A stretch of 64,000 nt of DNA from Microbotryum violaceum (taxonomy: Eukaryota), in contig CDLV01000006.1 in assembly GCA_001244265.2 (NCBI GenBank), positions 744,001-808,000 of the forward strand, read 5' to 3'. The position numbers and the translations under genes were made by a program. Shown piece by piece: positions 40,468 through 53,538 of the stretch (positions are counted from its first letter, which is position 1; every line of letters starts with the position of its first letter). Below the pieces are notes generated by a model that was given only the letters and a program-made list of their open reading frames with translations, was not told the DNA's origin and did not search any database.

Positions 40468-42063
40468 ATGCCGATCATCTACAAGCGATCCGAGTCGCCC
40501 GAGTTTGACCTTTTCGATCCAAAGTACGACTCTGCTTCTTCATCAAAGCATGACCTCGCACTGGAGGTAGATGAACTGGACCTGTTGCCTCCCGTCGCGG
40601 TCGTGTCAACCAGTTCGAACGTGACGACCAAGAACCACCACCATCAACGGCAAAGGGCGTCGTCGTCGTCTTCGGCTCCGAGATCAACCCGGTCAACCCC
40701 GGCCACGAGGAACTTGTCCCAGGCACCACCTCCCAAGAGATTGAGGGTCCAGGAGGAGCACATCTCTTATGATCGCGCGTCGACGTCGAGAGGGCCCATC
40801 AACGCGTCCCGGCACCACCCCTCGAGCGACAATCCCCGACGACAAGCGGCACAACCGAGGCCAGCATCCCGCGACCCACTGCCCAAGACGATGACAAACT
40901 CTTTCAAACGTACACGGCCCGCACCACCACCATCACCTTTCTCTCGGCAGGTCACGAGTGACGAGCCTCCATTTGGAAAGCAGCAGCATGGCGCGCCAAC
41001 GAGGCCTCAGCCGGGTATGCCGACTCCATCAACCTCACCCCCTCCACGAGAATACCCATTTCAGCGAACGGTGAAGCAGCCATACCATACCAGTCCTCAA
41101 CAGCCACGGCCACGATCATCCCTCAGCGTCCAAAGCGCTCCCGTCGTTCAGGATTTGTCCAGTCCCGACCACCCGCTTCGACCCCGTCGGGCGATCCATC
41201 CTCCCGACCGCGAGATGAAGCTTCCGATCGAACCATCGGGCACGCGTCAGGCTCGTCAGGATCCTCAAAGAATCACCTTCGTGAACCAGGGAATTGCCAA
41301 GGCCAGCGCTCCACCCTCAGTTGATGAGGTGTTTCCTCCACGGCGCGCTGTCGAGAAAAAAGCTCGGCCAGCTACCGACGATTTACCGAGATCTGGCCAG
41401 AATGGCACCACTCAGCAACCTCGGAGGAACGCGAAACCTGTACAACAAACAAGCAGCGAGATCGAGAGGAGTGCATCTCCGCCGCAGAGGAACGAGGGCT
41501 TGATGAGGCCCGCTTCGGTGCGTAAGGCTCAAGAACGTCGTACGACAGCCTTCGTCGTCAGTGAGGATCGACCCACACCTCCACGACCGGCGCGATCACT
41601 TCCTCGAAACCAACTCCAACAAGACGACCCCATTGAACAACGTGGCTACCCGTGTCGTCGTAGGGACCCAGCCCCACTTTCTCGTCGGTCCCTCGATACT
41701 CAAGCACCCCCACCCCCACCTCGTCCACCTCGTCCACCTCCTCAAGCCCAAAGTCCCGCCTCACCACCCCCAAGATCCTCGAACCCGAGCCCAAAACCAT
41801 TTCCCAAATTACAATTCCCTAACGTCGAAACCTTCCTAGCGAACCTCCCCCTCCCTCTAGCGCACCTCACACCCACCGTCGCCGCATTTGGATGTTCGTC
41901 CCAAGCCGATCTCTTGGCGCTTTCAGCTCGATCGGAGGGTGGGGCCAAGGCGAGGAGGGTGATGATGGATGAGTTGGAGAGGACGGGAGATCTGACGCCG
42001 TGGCAGAGGATTGTGGTGGAGGCTGAGTTGGAGGTGTTGGGGGAACGGGCGGCGGGCAGATGA
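40468..42063 (+). CDS. Intronless Pro/Ser/Arg-rich disordered protein with C-terminal helical (SAM-like) domain
   Basis: Long open frame from ATG 40468 (MPIIYKRSESPEF); C-terminal VETFLANLPLPLAHLTPTVAAFGCSSQADLLAL...LTPWQRIVVEAEL. Confidence 0.7.
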   Translation: MPIIYKRSESPEFDLFDPKYDSASSSKHDLALEVDELDLLPPVAVVSTSSNVTTKNHHHQRQRASSSSSAPRSTRSTPATRNLSQAPPPKRLRVQEEHISYDRASTSRGPINASRHHPSSDNPRRQAAQPRPASRDPLPKTMTNSFKRTRPAPPPSPFSRQVTSDEPPFGKQQHGAPTRPQPGMPTPSTSPPPREYPFQRTVKQPYHTSPQQPRPRSSLSVQSAPVVQDLSSPDHPLRPRRAIHPPDREMKLPIEPSGTRQARQDPQRITFVNQGIAKASAPPSVDEVFPPRRAVEKKARPATDDLPRSGQNGTTQQPRRNAKPVQQTSSEIERSASPPQRNEGLMRPASVRKAQERRTTAFVVSEDRPTPPRPARSLPRNQLQQDDPIEQRGYPCRRRDPAPLSRRSLDTQAPPPPPRPPRPPPQAQSPASPPPRSSNPSPKPFPKLQFPNVETFLANLPLPLAHLTPTVAAFGCSSQADLLALSARSEGGAKARRVMMDELERTGDLTPWQRIVVEAELEVLGERAAGR

Positions 42064-42312
42064 GGGCGGTGCTGGTCTCGGGGTGTGGATCATGTTTATC
42101 TGTGGATTTGTCTGAAGTGGGAGGGGGGCTATGTTTTGTATGTATGCCTTTGTGAATTCTTTTGTTGACACGATCAAATTTTTCCATGAATGGCCTCCTC
42201 GGTTGATGCGAGCTGACGGTATCAAATTACAACAATGCGAAACGAACACAACGATGCACCGCCCCTCTTACTCATTCCACCTACCTACGGATCATTCAAC
42301 CCCCCTCTACCT

Positions 42313-43533
42313 CTACCCAATCCTAAGCACCTGTAAAGTCGTACCCTCCCCATCCCAACTCGGCAAAACCTGCTCCTCTTTCCCACCCTTGTTTCCCTCC
42401 CCTTTCCCCTCCGAAACACTCAACCCTTCGAGCTCCTTCTCCAACCCCATCTTGTCCAACATAGCCCCGACCCACCCCACATCCGTCAAGAGTGCTAAAT
42501 CCCCCTTGCCACGTTCTTTCTCCAAGCGAGATTTAAGATGGGTGTAAGATGCTTGCCTTCCTTTGAGTTCTTGGATGATTTCGAGGGGAATGATGGACTC
42601 GGAGTGCGGTGATGGTGGTGTTGTTAAGGGTACGTAGGTGCGTACGTCAAAGATTCGGAAGAGGACGTGGTCGACGCGAATGAAGAGGCGGGAAAGGACA
42701 AAGATGGAGAACGAGTTGACGCGCTGTTGCAAGCAATCGTTAGGTTCCTTTCTTTTTGAGGCCCGCTTGTAGAGATTTCGAGTAATGAAAGAAGTACTCA
42801 CAACCCTCACCACCAATTCTGCGGTACCATTGTCGCCCAATTCATCCTCGAACAAAGGTACCTCATCAAAGAACAGAATGGGGATATCCTGTCTCGCTAA
42901 CAAATGAAGAGGGATACCCGGATGTCCTTCTGGGGCCGGGGTGAATTCGGGTCGGGCGGTCGAGGTGGTACTGATCGTTCCGGGATGGAGGGAGGTGTAG
43001 GTCCAGTCGTAGGGTTTTTGAACGGTCACGTCCGAGTGGGAAGATGATTCTTGGCTGGTTCGGTTGGAAGAAAAGGCTTTAGCCTCGCAGATTTTTGGGA
43101 GCAAAAGTGGGGGTCAGAAAAATTATGCTTGACTTGACTCACGCTTTGGACCATTCTGCCGCATGAGCGACTTTGACTTGGGTACTGCTGGCGACCGCCT
43201 TGAGCGCATCGAGGCAATTGCATTCGATTTTGAGGTTCGTAGGATGGTGGGTTAGGGTGAGGCGATTGTTGCCGAAGCAGATTTCGGGGAGGGGAAGGTG
43301 CAGGGAGGAAGAGGCGCTGTGTGGGGTGATGAGGTCGGTTAGTAGCGGATTGGGACGGAAGGAAGGTGAGGTGAACTTTGCAGGGAACAAGGCACTGACT
43401 TGTCGGCATCGGTGGCGGAGAGGATCGGCTTCTTGACGGTTTCGATCGTCCAGTCCGCGATGTGGATCCCTTTCGAATGGTCCGAGGGGGAGGAGAAGGG
43501 CTGCGGAGGATTGCTGGCCGATCGGGTCGTCAT
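42313..43533 (-). CDS. TIP41: TAP42-interacting protein Tip41 (PP2A regulator)
   Basis: WTIETVKKPILS, LPEICFGNN, VKVAHAAEWSK, KPYDWTYTS, ILFFDEVPLFEDELGDNG, LSRLFIRVDHVLFRIFDVR. Confidence 0.93.
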
Positions 43534-43780
43534 GTTGAGCTGCACTCGCGATGAACGGGCGAGAGGAAGAGCCACAGCGAAGAGGGCGCGCGCCGGGGTC
43601 TGGAACGGGGGAGAAAGGGGGTGGTCGGGGGGTGGTCGGGGGGGGTCGGGGGTGGGGACGTGTTCAGCACAGCAGGCCAGAGCTGGCCCGGCTCGACCTG
43701 GCTCGACGCTGGCTCGACGCTGGCTACGCTCACCCTCGCTCACCCGTTTCCCTTCGCCCCCACATCTCACTCGACGCACC

Positions 43781-45668
43781 ATGACGGCATCGCAAACAAT
43801 CGAAACAGGTCACGTCGACTCTATCGTAAGTTCCGGGCGTTCGATGGCGTGAGATGATCCTCCCAGACTGACCCACCCGACCCACTTCCCGTACTCCGTC
43901 GCGCTACCCGTGCCCGGGACCGTGTACGAACCGTTCAGCACGACGCCCAACTCGACTACTATGGCCGACGACTCGCGACGGGCTCATCGGACCGTACGAT
44001 CCGACTGTTCGAGGTCGAGGGCGATGATAGATATCGATTGGTAGACACTCTGCGAGGGTTAGTTTGGTTTGGTCGTCGCCGTTTCCCTCTACGTGGCCCA
44101 CGGGGCCGACTCGCGCACTCGGTCCTATCCTATGCTCAGTCCTGGCGCCACAACCAAGAACGAGAGATCCCGTGCAACTACGCGAGAACTACCCGCTGAG
44201 CCCCTCCTCGGACCCTTGCCGCTCCAGACACGACGGCCCGATCCATGCGCTCGCGTGGGCCCACCCCTCGTTCGGCTCCATCCTCGCCTCGTGCTCGTTC
44301 GACGGCAAAGTCTTTGTCTGGAAGGAGAACGACGGACCTCAAAAGGGGTGGAGCAAGGTCAAGGAACACTTGTTGCACACCGCTTCGGGTCAGTTTTGGG
44401 AACACGGAAGGGACGGATGGGGTCCGTTGAGGATCCCAACCCCCCAAGGTCTCTTGCTTCTTTGGCCGAATGGGGTCCGTACTGACGGGTCTCCTCCGTT
44501 CCATCTACCCCAGTCAACGCCATTGCGTGGGCGCCTCATGAACTCGGTCCTGTCCTCGCTTGCGCCTCTTCGGATGGCAAGGTCTCCGTCTTGACCTTCA
44601 ACGGTCAGTCTACCCCACCCCATCCTGACGCGACGCGAACAGAGAAGCCACGGAACAAGACGCTCAAAATCATCTCCTTCGCCGATCTTTTTACATTACA
44701 GATAACGGAACCTGGGACGCATCCCTCTTCCCCGCCCATGCGCTCGGCGTCACGTCCATCTCGTGGGCACCTGCCGTCGGCGTCGGCGCCTTGACCTCGG
44801 TCGACGGGCAGCAGGACGGTGGACCCTTGGCGATCCAACAGGTCAAGCGGTTCGCGACGGGTGGATGCGATGCATTGGTCAAGATTTGGGTGTGGGAGTA
44901 AGTTACATAACGCCCTGGTGTGACGTTGCAGAGGCGCTCAGCCGAGTTCTCCTTCTTGCGTCCACCGCCGAGGTTCGAAATGCTAATGATGCTGTCCCGA
45001 CTTCGCTCACAGGGAGGAGACAAAGTCGTGGTCGCCTGATCCGATTCAACCCATTCTGGAAGGGCACGTCGATTGGGTTCGAGACGTCGCATGGGCACCG
45101 AGCGTCGGCGTGGGTCGTGCGTACCTCGCCAGTGCCGGTCAGGTGATTTTGTTTTTGCCTGTGCAGCGATGCTCCTCTTGTTGATCTTGAGAAGGGAAGC
45201 TGATGTAGGTCTCTACTTCGTACTTTGTACATATCAGGACAAGACGGTGTACATCTGGACCCAAGATTCGCCGCGTGCGACATGGAACAGGGTCGCGCTC
45301 GAACCGACCCCAACCGCGCCGACACAAGCTGGTGCCGGTGCCGGTGCCGGGGGCGAGGGCAAGTTCGGCGAGGTGGTGTGGAGGGTCAGTTGGAGCGTGT
45401 CGGGAAACGTCCTGGCTGTTTCGAGTGGCGAGTTTTAATTTTTCGGTGACGATGGGCTTTGAAGGTGGGGGGGGGGAAACGCTGACCGGCTGATCTTCGT
45501 TCGTGGTTCTCTCAGGCGATGGCAAAGTGAGCTTGTGGAAGGAGAACTTGAAGGGCAAGTTCGAGGAGGTGTCGGTGAGTACTGAGAGACACGAAATCGG
45601 TCCAGGTGGAAGAAAAACCTTGGGGGTATTGATGATCGCTTTTCGGTGCGCAGGAATTGACATCGTAA
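43781..45668 (+). CDS. SEC13: COPII/nucleoporin WD40 protein Sec13
   Basis: [98 protein letters not shown] intron donor at 45428. Confidence 0.97.
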
Positions 45669-46000
45669 TCTTCGCTTTGTGCGCGTGGGCGGATGACTCT
45701 TTTTTTGACTTGGTTTCTGGGACCCCTCTCTTTGCTTCTTTGATTGCCGATGCTTTTATAAAATGCTTGATGTCACAATAACCGCTCAAATCGATGAGTT
45801 TGGCATGCGTCACGTGCCAGAGTCGTCTCAAGTGGTGTGATCTGCGCTCGGGCATGTTTCGCTCGACCCTTGTACGCAGCTGTTTGCTGTCGATTGCTGT
45901 GCACGCTTGTGCACGTCACGTCGAGTCAGCCGCGCGTTCGTCCTCAGTCGCCGTGCTGGCTTTCATCCGCTCGCTCCTCCCCCAAAAGACCCCGAGTGTG

Positions 46001-49000
46001 ATGGCGCCTGACGGTGGTGAGTTCAGCTACGCGCTGCAGTTGTACCTATCACGACTGACCAGGATGCCGATTCCAGGAGAACCTCCACGCGGCGCAGGTC
46101 GAGCTCCGTCGATGGCAACACGAAGCTACGCCGCTGCCTCATCCTCCGCTGCATCCCATGCACCCGACGTGCTTCCATCGGCTTCCTCCGTGGCGTCTTC
46201 ACCACCTCCACTTCCTCCCAAAGTTCCCTCGCGTAGATCGAGTTCGGCAAGAGCTATCCCTACCCCCGCCAACCTTTTCAACCCAGTGCCGACGAGCTCC
46301 TTTTTTGGATCTGATGGCGTATCATCATCCTCCTCACCCTCTTCATCGTCTTCTCCACACTTTCATCGAGCCTCGATGAACCCCACCGACACTCCACGTG
46401 TCCCGCCGCCTCGACTACCAGCATGGACGAACGGCACACGACCCTCAGCGGTCTATGACGACGCGCTCCACTCGACGACGAATCGAGTTCGGTCCGGCTC
46501 GTCCAGCTCGACCACCTCGACTACGGCCTCGACGGCGAATGTCACAGGTGCTGTTGGTGGGATCACGTCCATGTCTGGCGTCGAGACATCGTCGTTTAGG
46601 AAACCTTCGATTTCGCCCAAGCAGACTTTGCCTTCATTGCCCCCGAGTTGGTCGTCGATTTCGCCTCAGGTCGCTAGAGCACCACCTCCACCACTACTAC
46701 CGCCGTCGTCCCATGGAGCAGCGGTCCCGGCGAAGGAAGTCGGTGGTGAAGAGATGGTGCCTTCGAATCAGCAGTCGAGACCGGCGTCGTTGGGATGGGC
46801 CTTACCCCCTCAGCCGTCGACTCGCGCCGATGCGACGGGGTGGGAAGTCGACCCCAACGCCCCCCTCACCAGCTCGACGCTTGACCACCAACAGATCGAA
46901 TTCGCCCCTCCTCCCTTTGCGATCCCGCATCGTACACGTACGACGAGGGCGCGTTACGGCTTCAGTAACATCGCCGGGTTGGGTTGGACCGCACCAAAGA
47001 TCTTGGAAAAGCCTGTTCGGGGTGGCGTCGTCGGAGGGATATGGCAGCATGGCGTGTGGGACTTCAAGTTCGTCAACACACCCGAGAATTATCCGCCGAT
47101 GGGGGAGTTGCCCCAAAGGCCCGTAAAAGAGCCGGTGGTGCCGACGACAATGACTTCCCCCCTATCTCCGACAAGCGAGACGACCGAATCGCTCGATGCC
47201 ATGCAGGTCGACGGCGAGGCCACCAAACGATCCGCTGCCGTCGCCGCCGAAGTCTCGATGCAGCAAGCTCCTCCCCAGCACAAGACCATCTCACGAGCCG
47301 AACTCGATCAAGCCCGACCGCACCCCTACCTCTACTACGTACCCCGCCAACATGCTTGGGCGCTCTTTGCCCCTTTTGAGCAGACCGACGCTCACCGCTC
47401 CTTTGTCGACGATGGTCAAGTGCGACTGTGGATTTCGTCGTATGAGACGGCTGAGGTTCTGCTCAGGCGACTCGAGCCTCCGCTTCCTCCCCCCTTTGAA
47501 CCCTTCGATACGACGAAGCTACCCCTTCCCGCTCGAGAAGTCTATGACGCCGCCCGTCGCGTCTGCCTCGAACCTGAACCCGAGTACGTGACCAAAATCG
47601 ACGAGCCCAAGTCCGGTCGGTCGATCCTCTTCTCGGAACAAGACTTATACCCCTGCGTTATCCCTATGCTCGTCCTGCACGAGTTGCTGAGGACGAGGAG
47701 TGAGAGCCCGAGTCCCGGTGATTCGGCCGAGGATGCAAATTTGAATGCAATTCAGACATTATGGAGGTGGGTGAACTCAACTCTCTTCTGGAGTAGTGTA
47801 TCGAAATTGATCTGTCTGCAACACTTTCTTCAGATCCCTCGACAACCTCCTCTTCAAAGCCGAACAGCGACCACTCTCGATCAACGGCAAAGCCTTTGCG
47901 CGCTGTCTTCCCTGGGATGAGCTCACCCGCGCCATCTATGTAGCCATTCTCGGGTTCAGACTCACACCCGAAGAGACGCTCTGTCCACCGAACCTCGTCG
48001 ACTCGACCGACGAAGGACGGGTAAACCGCAATAGGTTGTTGAGGTGTTGGCTCGAGTTGGGACTCTGGATCGAGCATGTGCGCAAGTTGGAGGATCAAGT
48101 GAGGATCCGTAGAGTCGCGACGAGGGTCGAATTATCCTCGGGCGTGGATGCGATGAAGAACGTTTTGGGACCCGATACACTGGCAAGGGTTCCAGCTTCG
48201 AGCGCTTGGGCCATTGCTGGACGGTCGGCGATGACGGCGGGGTTCGATGGTCCAGTCAACCTGTCGCATCAACTCGCTCAGGCGTATCACTTCTTGGGCG
48301 TAACGCCTGATTTGGCCGATTCGGTCCTGGAGGAGGTGTACAAGGAGCAGGTGGGGAGGTGTTCGGCTTATACGGCGGATTGTGAGTCCGGTCCCTGCTC
48401 TTTCGGGGGCGAGGACTGTCAAGCCTGACGCAATATCATCACTTTTTCTTCCCACCAGTCCTCGAAACGATTCAGGAGATCAACCACGATCGTCGTTCGG
48501 ACGTGCTCGAGATGCTGATCGCGACCGAACGCTCGATCGGGCGCGTCTCAATTTCGGATCTGCGCAACGCCTACAAAGAACTCGGCCTCGAATTTGACCA
48601 TTCCCGTTCCGTGACCGATGACGAAATCGCGTTCCGCTTCGGACAAAGGAGGGAACAGGTGACCGATCCTGAACGGAAGAAGGTGTTGAAGGAGGCGATG
48701 AAACAGATTGCGGATCAGAGGGATAGCGAGTTGCTCAAGGTCATGTTGCTTTCTGCGAATGATGAGGAGGATCGACCGGCGATGTCGTTGGAGAAGGCGT
48801 ACAAATTGTTGGAGGCGACGCCGGAAATGTCGGATGAGATACTGAGCATGGTCTATGATGTTCGAGTACGTTTTCGGAGAGAAGGGTTTTCGTGGGTCGC
48901 GGATCGGGTGCTGATCTTGACTTTCGCGAATGGTGCAGATCGCTGACGCTCCGAGTCAAGTCGATGTAATGACACAAGCTCTGGCGACGATCGGTCAAGC

Positions 49001-51160
49001 CATTGGCAGCGACGCCATCCGGGTCAAGCTGGGTGGTGATACGGGTGAGTGTTCTCAAGGTGAAGATCAAATACTATGGATACTCAGCGCTGACCTGCCC
49101 CATACCGATCCTCCAGCTGCTCTGATCCCCCAACCTGCACCGGACATGCCCGTCGGTTTGACCAACATCGCCAACACGTGCTACCTCAACTCGCTCCTGC
49201 AGTACTTTTTCACCATCCGCGAGCTGCGTGAAGCCGTACTCCGCTTCCAGCCGACGCCGACGACCGACGTCTCGGCCTTCAATCGCGTCGGCGGTCGCCT
49301 TGTCACCAAAACTGAAGTCGAACGGTCGAAAAAGTTCGTCGTGCTCTTGCAAACCTTGTTCAACCAGCTCATCCACTCGGCTTCGACGTCCATCACCCCT
49401 GAAACCGAATTGGCGTACCTCGCTTTGGTGCCTTCCAAGGACGAAGCGGAGGTGCTGACGACGACCTCGTCGGCGGACGACCTCATCGTTTTGGATGATC
49501 CAGCTCGAACGAGTGGATCCCCCATCGCGACGACGTCCATGTTGCCTCCGACGAGCGATGACTCCAACCTCAAGTCCCCCTCTTCGTCCATTCTAGGCAA
49601 GAGGCGCAACTCGCACCTCGACAGTGATATCGAGGGAAGTCTGGCATTGGACCAGGTCCGCCTCGAGTCATCGCAGGCTCAATCGCCCAATCAGAGCAGC
49701 TCGGACGGGGCTTCACCTCCTGCGGATCTGGTCGTCGATCTCGAAGCCGCAAGTGCTTTGAACAGGGAAAAAAGTGGGGCTTCATTGTCGAGGTCTTCGT
49801 CGAAGACGGTCGTCGGAGAGTTGTTGGGGTCCTCGGACGAGCAGCGTAAGATGAAGAGGGGTAAATCTGTCGATGGTTCGATTTTCATTCACGCGGATGA
49901 GATGAAGGTCGACGATGATGACGACGACGTCATCATCCTCGAACCTCCTACCGGAACGTCGATGGCAAGGTCACCTACGCTCCCGCCTCGGCCACGACGA
50001 CCGTCCAAGGCGGTGACGAAACTCGAGGATCAAGTTTCCAACTACATGTCGTTTGGTCGTCAGAATGACGTCACCGAGTGCATGGACAATGTCATGTTCC
50101 AGATTGAGTGTGCGCTCAACCCTGATGGGACCCCGGACGAATCCAGCGGATCAGCGACGACGAATGACGCTTCCACTTCGGTGCTACGCAGGTCAGTAGT
50201 AGACGAGGTGAACAAGATGTGGTTTCCATGAACTGATATAGAGACCGCTCTCTGCCGACGAACAGGACGCTGTACGGCAAGATGCGCCAACACCTCGAAT
50301 TCACCGACCCTTCCGTGCCCGAGCCGATCCGCATTCGCGAAGAACCCTTCTTCTCCCTACTCGTCGACGTCGCCGAGGAAGGTCACACCGTTTACGACGG
50401 CCTCGACACCGTCTTTGACGATTCGATCGTCACGATCGAGGGACACGAGGCGCGACGGAGGATGAGGTTGGTCGATGTGCCTCCGGTCCTGCAGATCCAA
50501 CTGCAGCGCGTGCAGTACGACCGCGTCGCGCAGAGGATCTTCAAGTCCAATGCGCATCTCGATTTTGGCGAGACGTTGTCCTTGGATCGGTATCTCGAAG
50601 TCGAAGAAGGCGATGTCGAAGCCGCGCAAAGGCAGGCTTGGACGCAGAGCAAAAGGGACGAGATTGAACTCGCTCGCACGAAGTTGATGGCGCTCAAGTC
50701 GACCAAGACGGGGACGAGCTACGGTACGTGCATCAAAGAGGCGTTTGTGCACCTGTCGACCCTCAAGGACGAATTGGGGGATCTGTTGACGACCGAGTTT
50801 GCGCACGACTCGCTCGAAGAAGCGGCTTGGATCGATCAACAGATCGTCGAACTCGAAACGCGCATCAACGACTCGAGGAAAGCGATCGAGGAGTGTTGGG
50901 CCACCCAGGCCAAGACGGTTTACGAACTCGCGGCAGTGTTTATCCACCGCGGTACGGCGTTGAGCGGGCACTACTTTATCTATCAACGCGATAGCAAGAA
51001 CCGCGATCGGTGGCTCAAGTACAACGATTCGGTCATTACCGATGTTTCGGGTGAGGATAAGGTCCACCTTCGTTCGAGGGACGACACGAATGCGTATTTC
51101 TTGGTGTATTGTCGTCGCGATCGGCTGGATTCGATCGAGTCGATTGCGAGAGAGTTTTAG
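46001..51160 (+). CDS. UBP2: Ubiquitin carboxyl-terminal hydrolase 2 (USP family)
   Basis: Cys box PVGLTNIANTCYLNSLLQYFF, ELAYLAL, GRQNDVTECMDNV, LQIQLQRVQYDR, His box FIHRGTALSGHYFIY, WLKYND; repeated AY..LG helical segments upstream. Confidence 0.92.
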
Positions 51161-51469
51161 CAACATCTGTTTCGGCCCGGACGACGAGGGAATGTGCAAA
51201 TGGTGATAACGAAAATACCTTGTTTCGCTTTTGTCAATAGTACTAGCAACGTGTTTTCTTGTTTTGGTCCGAGTGTTGGTTGCAATCGCAGCGTCAGCAT
51301 TTGCAGCAGCAACAATTGCCCAGATGTGGTAATGACCATTCGATCCTAACGGCTGCGTAAAGGGACGCCGACTTTGTAACGAGGAGATTCGCTGTGCCCG
51401 CGCGAAGCTGGGTTCATAGGCGGGCCGGGTAGCGGCTCGTGCCTTGGTCTTTCTGGACACCCGCCCAAG

Positions 51470-52247
51470 GTTCGTGCAAGCGTCGGTGGGGTGGGCGTGT
51501 CGTCGTCGCTGTGGGATCGAGTGTACTGACCGTGTGATGCTCTCCCCCCTCCTCCCTCCCCTTCCTCCTCTCGTCCGACCTACTCGCCTCGTGTCGTTGC
51601 CGATCGCCCACCTCATCCACGCGCCCCTTCGTGGCTTTTTTCGCGGCGTCGTGGCTCCGCTCGTCGTGGCTGCTGCTGTACGACCTACCGTACGACCTAC
51701 GACTTTGACGGACTTGTCGTTTGATTGGACGTACTACGATTCGTCTGGCCCGACTGTCGGATCTCCTGCGGGTGGTTGTGGTCGTCTGTGGACGTGCCTC
51801 GCCTCTGCACGGCTGTGTTCCCCCGTGTGTGTGTGTCTCGCTCCCCGCCTGGCCCACGCCGACGCCCACCGCTGGCTGGCCGGCTCGCTGGCTGCGCCCG
51901 CTCGCAAAACGCAATTCGCACGCCCTCGCACCCGCACGCCCACCCGCACGCCCACCCACACCCACACCCACGTCCATCCGGTTACATTCGCCATCAACTG
52001 TACCCGTTGTCGACTCGACTTGATTGTTGTTCGTGCATCCACCCCACTGCATCATACACCGGACTGCTGCTGCGTGTGCATCGCCCTGGCCTCGACGCCC
52101 GCCTACGCCCACGGCCCGCGCCTACCCGTTACGCCCTCGTGACGCCCTACGCCCTGCTCGCTCGCCTGCGGAACGACGCCTCTCTCCTTCTCCTCCTCCT
52201 CCTCCTCCTCCTCCTCCTCTTGCACTCGCATACCCGTGCTCCAACAG
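51470..52247 (+). other. Predicted 778-nt 5'-UTR intron of RPS16 with distant branch point
   Basis: AAG|GTTCGT donor at 51470, TACTGAC at 51524-51530 followed by a pyrimidine tract, no AG between 51522 and 52245, CAACAG acceptor directly before ATG 52248. Confidence 0.75.
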
Positions 52248-52969
52248 ATGTCGAGCGCACAGCAAGTCCAAACCTTCGGCAAGAAGAAGACCGCCACCGC
52301 TGTTGCCCTCGCCCGAGTAGGTGGTACCCCAAGGAGGGAGCCAGAAGGATAATGATCGGAGCTGCCGTTCGCTGATCACCTCCTTCTTCATTCACGCATC
52401 CCGTAGGAGGGCAAGGGTCTCATCAAGGTCAACGGTATCCCCCTTTCGCTCTACGGATCCCCCATCCTCCGACCCAAGTTGTACGGTGAGTAAAGATGGC
52501 CGGCTCGCACTCGTCTCGCACGCACCGAAACCAGTCGAGACTGAGAGTCGCTTTCCGCAATTCACAGAACCCCTCCTCCTTCTTACCTCGTTCACCTCGT
52601 CAACCAACTCGCTCCCCTCGCCCCTGTCCCGCATGGACATCCGCCTCCGCGTCTCCGGTGGTGGACACACCTCGCAGATCTACGCGCTCCGCCAGGCGAT
52701 CGCCAAGGCCGTCGTCGCGTACGTCGCCAAGTACGAGGATGCCGCTTCGGCCCTCGAGGTGCGCAAGGTGCTCGTCGCCTACGACCGAACCTTGCTCGTC
52801 GCCGACCCGAGGAGGTGCGAGCCCAAGAAGTTCGGCGGAAAGGGTGCCCGCGCTCGTTTCCAAAAGTCGTACGTATCATTTCCCTCGCCGCCGTGTCTAG
52901 ATTGCTCTCCTCTTTTTTGTATTGAACGCTGATCGCAACAATTTCCACACACACGACAGGTACCGTTAA
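52248..52969 (+). CDS. RPS16: 40S ribosomal protein uS9 (S16)
   Basis: [79 protein letters not shown]. Confidence 0.98.
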
Positions 52970-53538
52970 ATATGCGGTCGATCCTCGAAGCCGCATGGCG
53001 AGCCTTGGATATGCGATCGGGTCACAGTTGGGAACGTGCATCGTCCGGCTTGTGTTGCGTTTACGTATCCGGGTATTGAGATGCTGCAACGAGTTGTGTT
53101 GGTGAAGAAGTTTGTGCCTTTTTGTGTGGTTGCGAGACTTGGAGAAGAGAAGATGAGCACGCGATCAAAGGGGCCAGCGCGCACTCTGCCAGGCCAACAT
53201 GAAAGGAGTCAAATTTCAGTAAGAAGTAGTGTTGACCATCGTAGTGCTTTTCTCCTCGCGACGCGCTGCACCCCGAGGGGTGGACGAATCTCGACCGCAG
53301 GATTCGATTTGTCGTGGCGCGTTCGGACCCATTGCGGTCGACTTGTCAGATCGCCGCGATTCCGCGCAGTCCGGCGTGGCGGCGTCTTCCCTCTCGAGCG
53401 GCTTCCACTTTGGGGCAAGTGCCAGTAATAGCGAGCATCTCGCGACCCCCATCCGCTTCTCCGCTTCGGTCGACCCGATCACCCATGCACCACCGGTAGC
53501 ACTAGAACGAACCCATGAGCTCGTGGCCGCGTCCTTCG

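Noticed and set aside
51444..52375. Several overlapping ORFs over 200 aa upstream of RPS16
   Set aside because: By-product of the A-poor, AG-free intron composition that depletes stop codons; low-complexity translations
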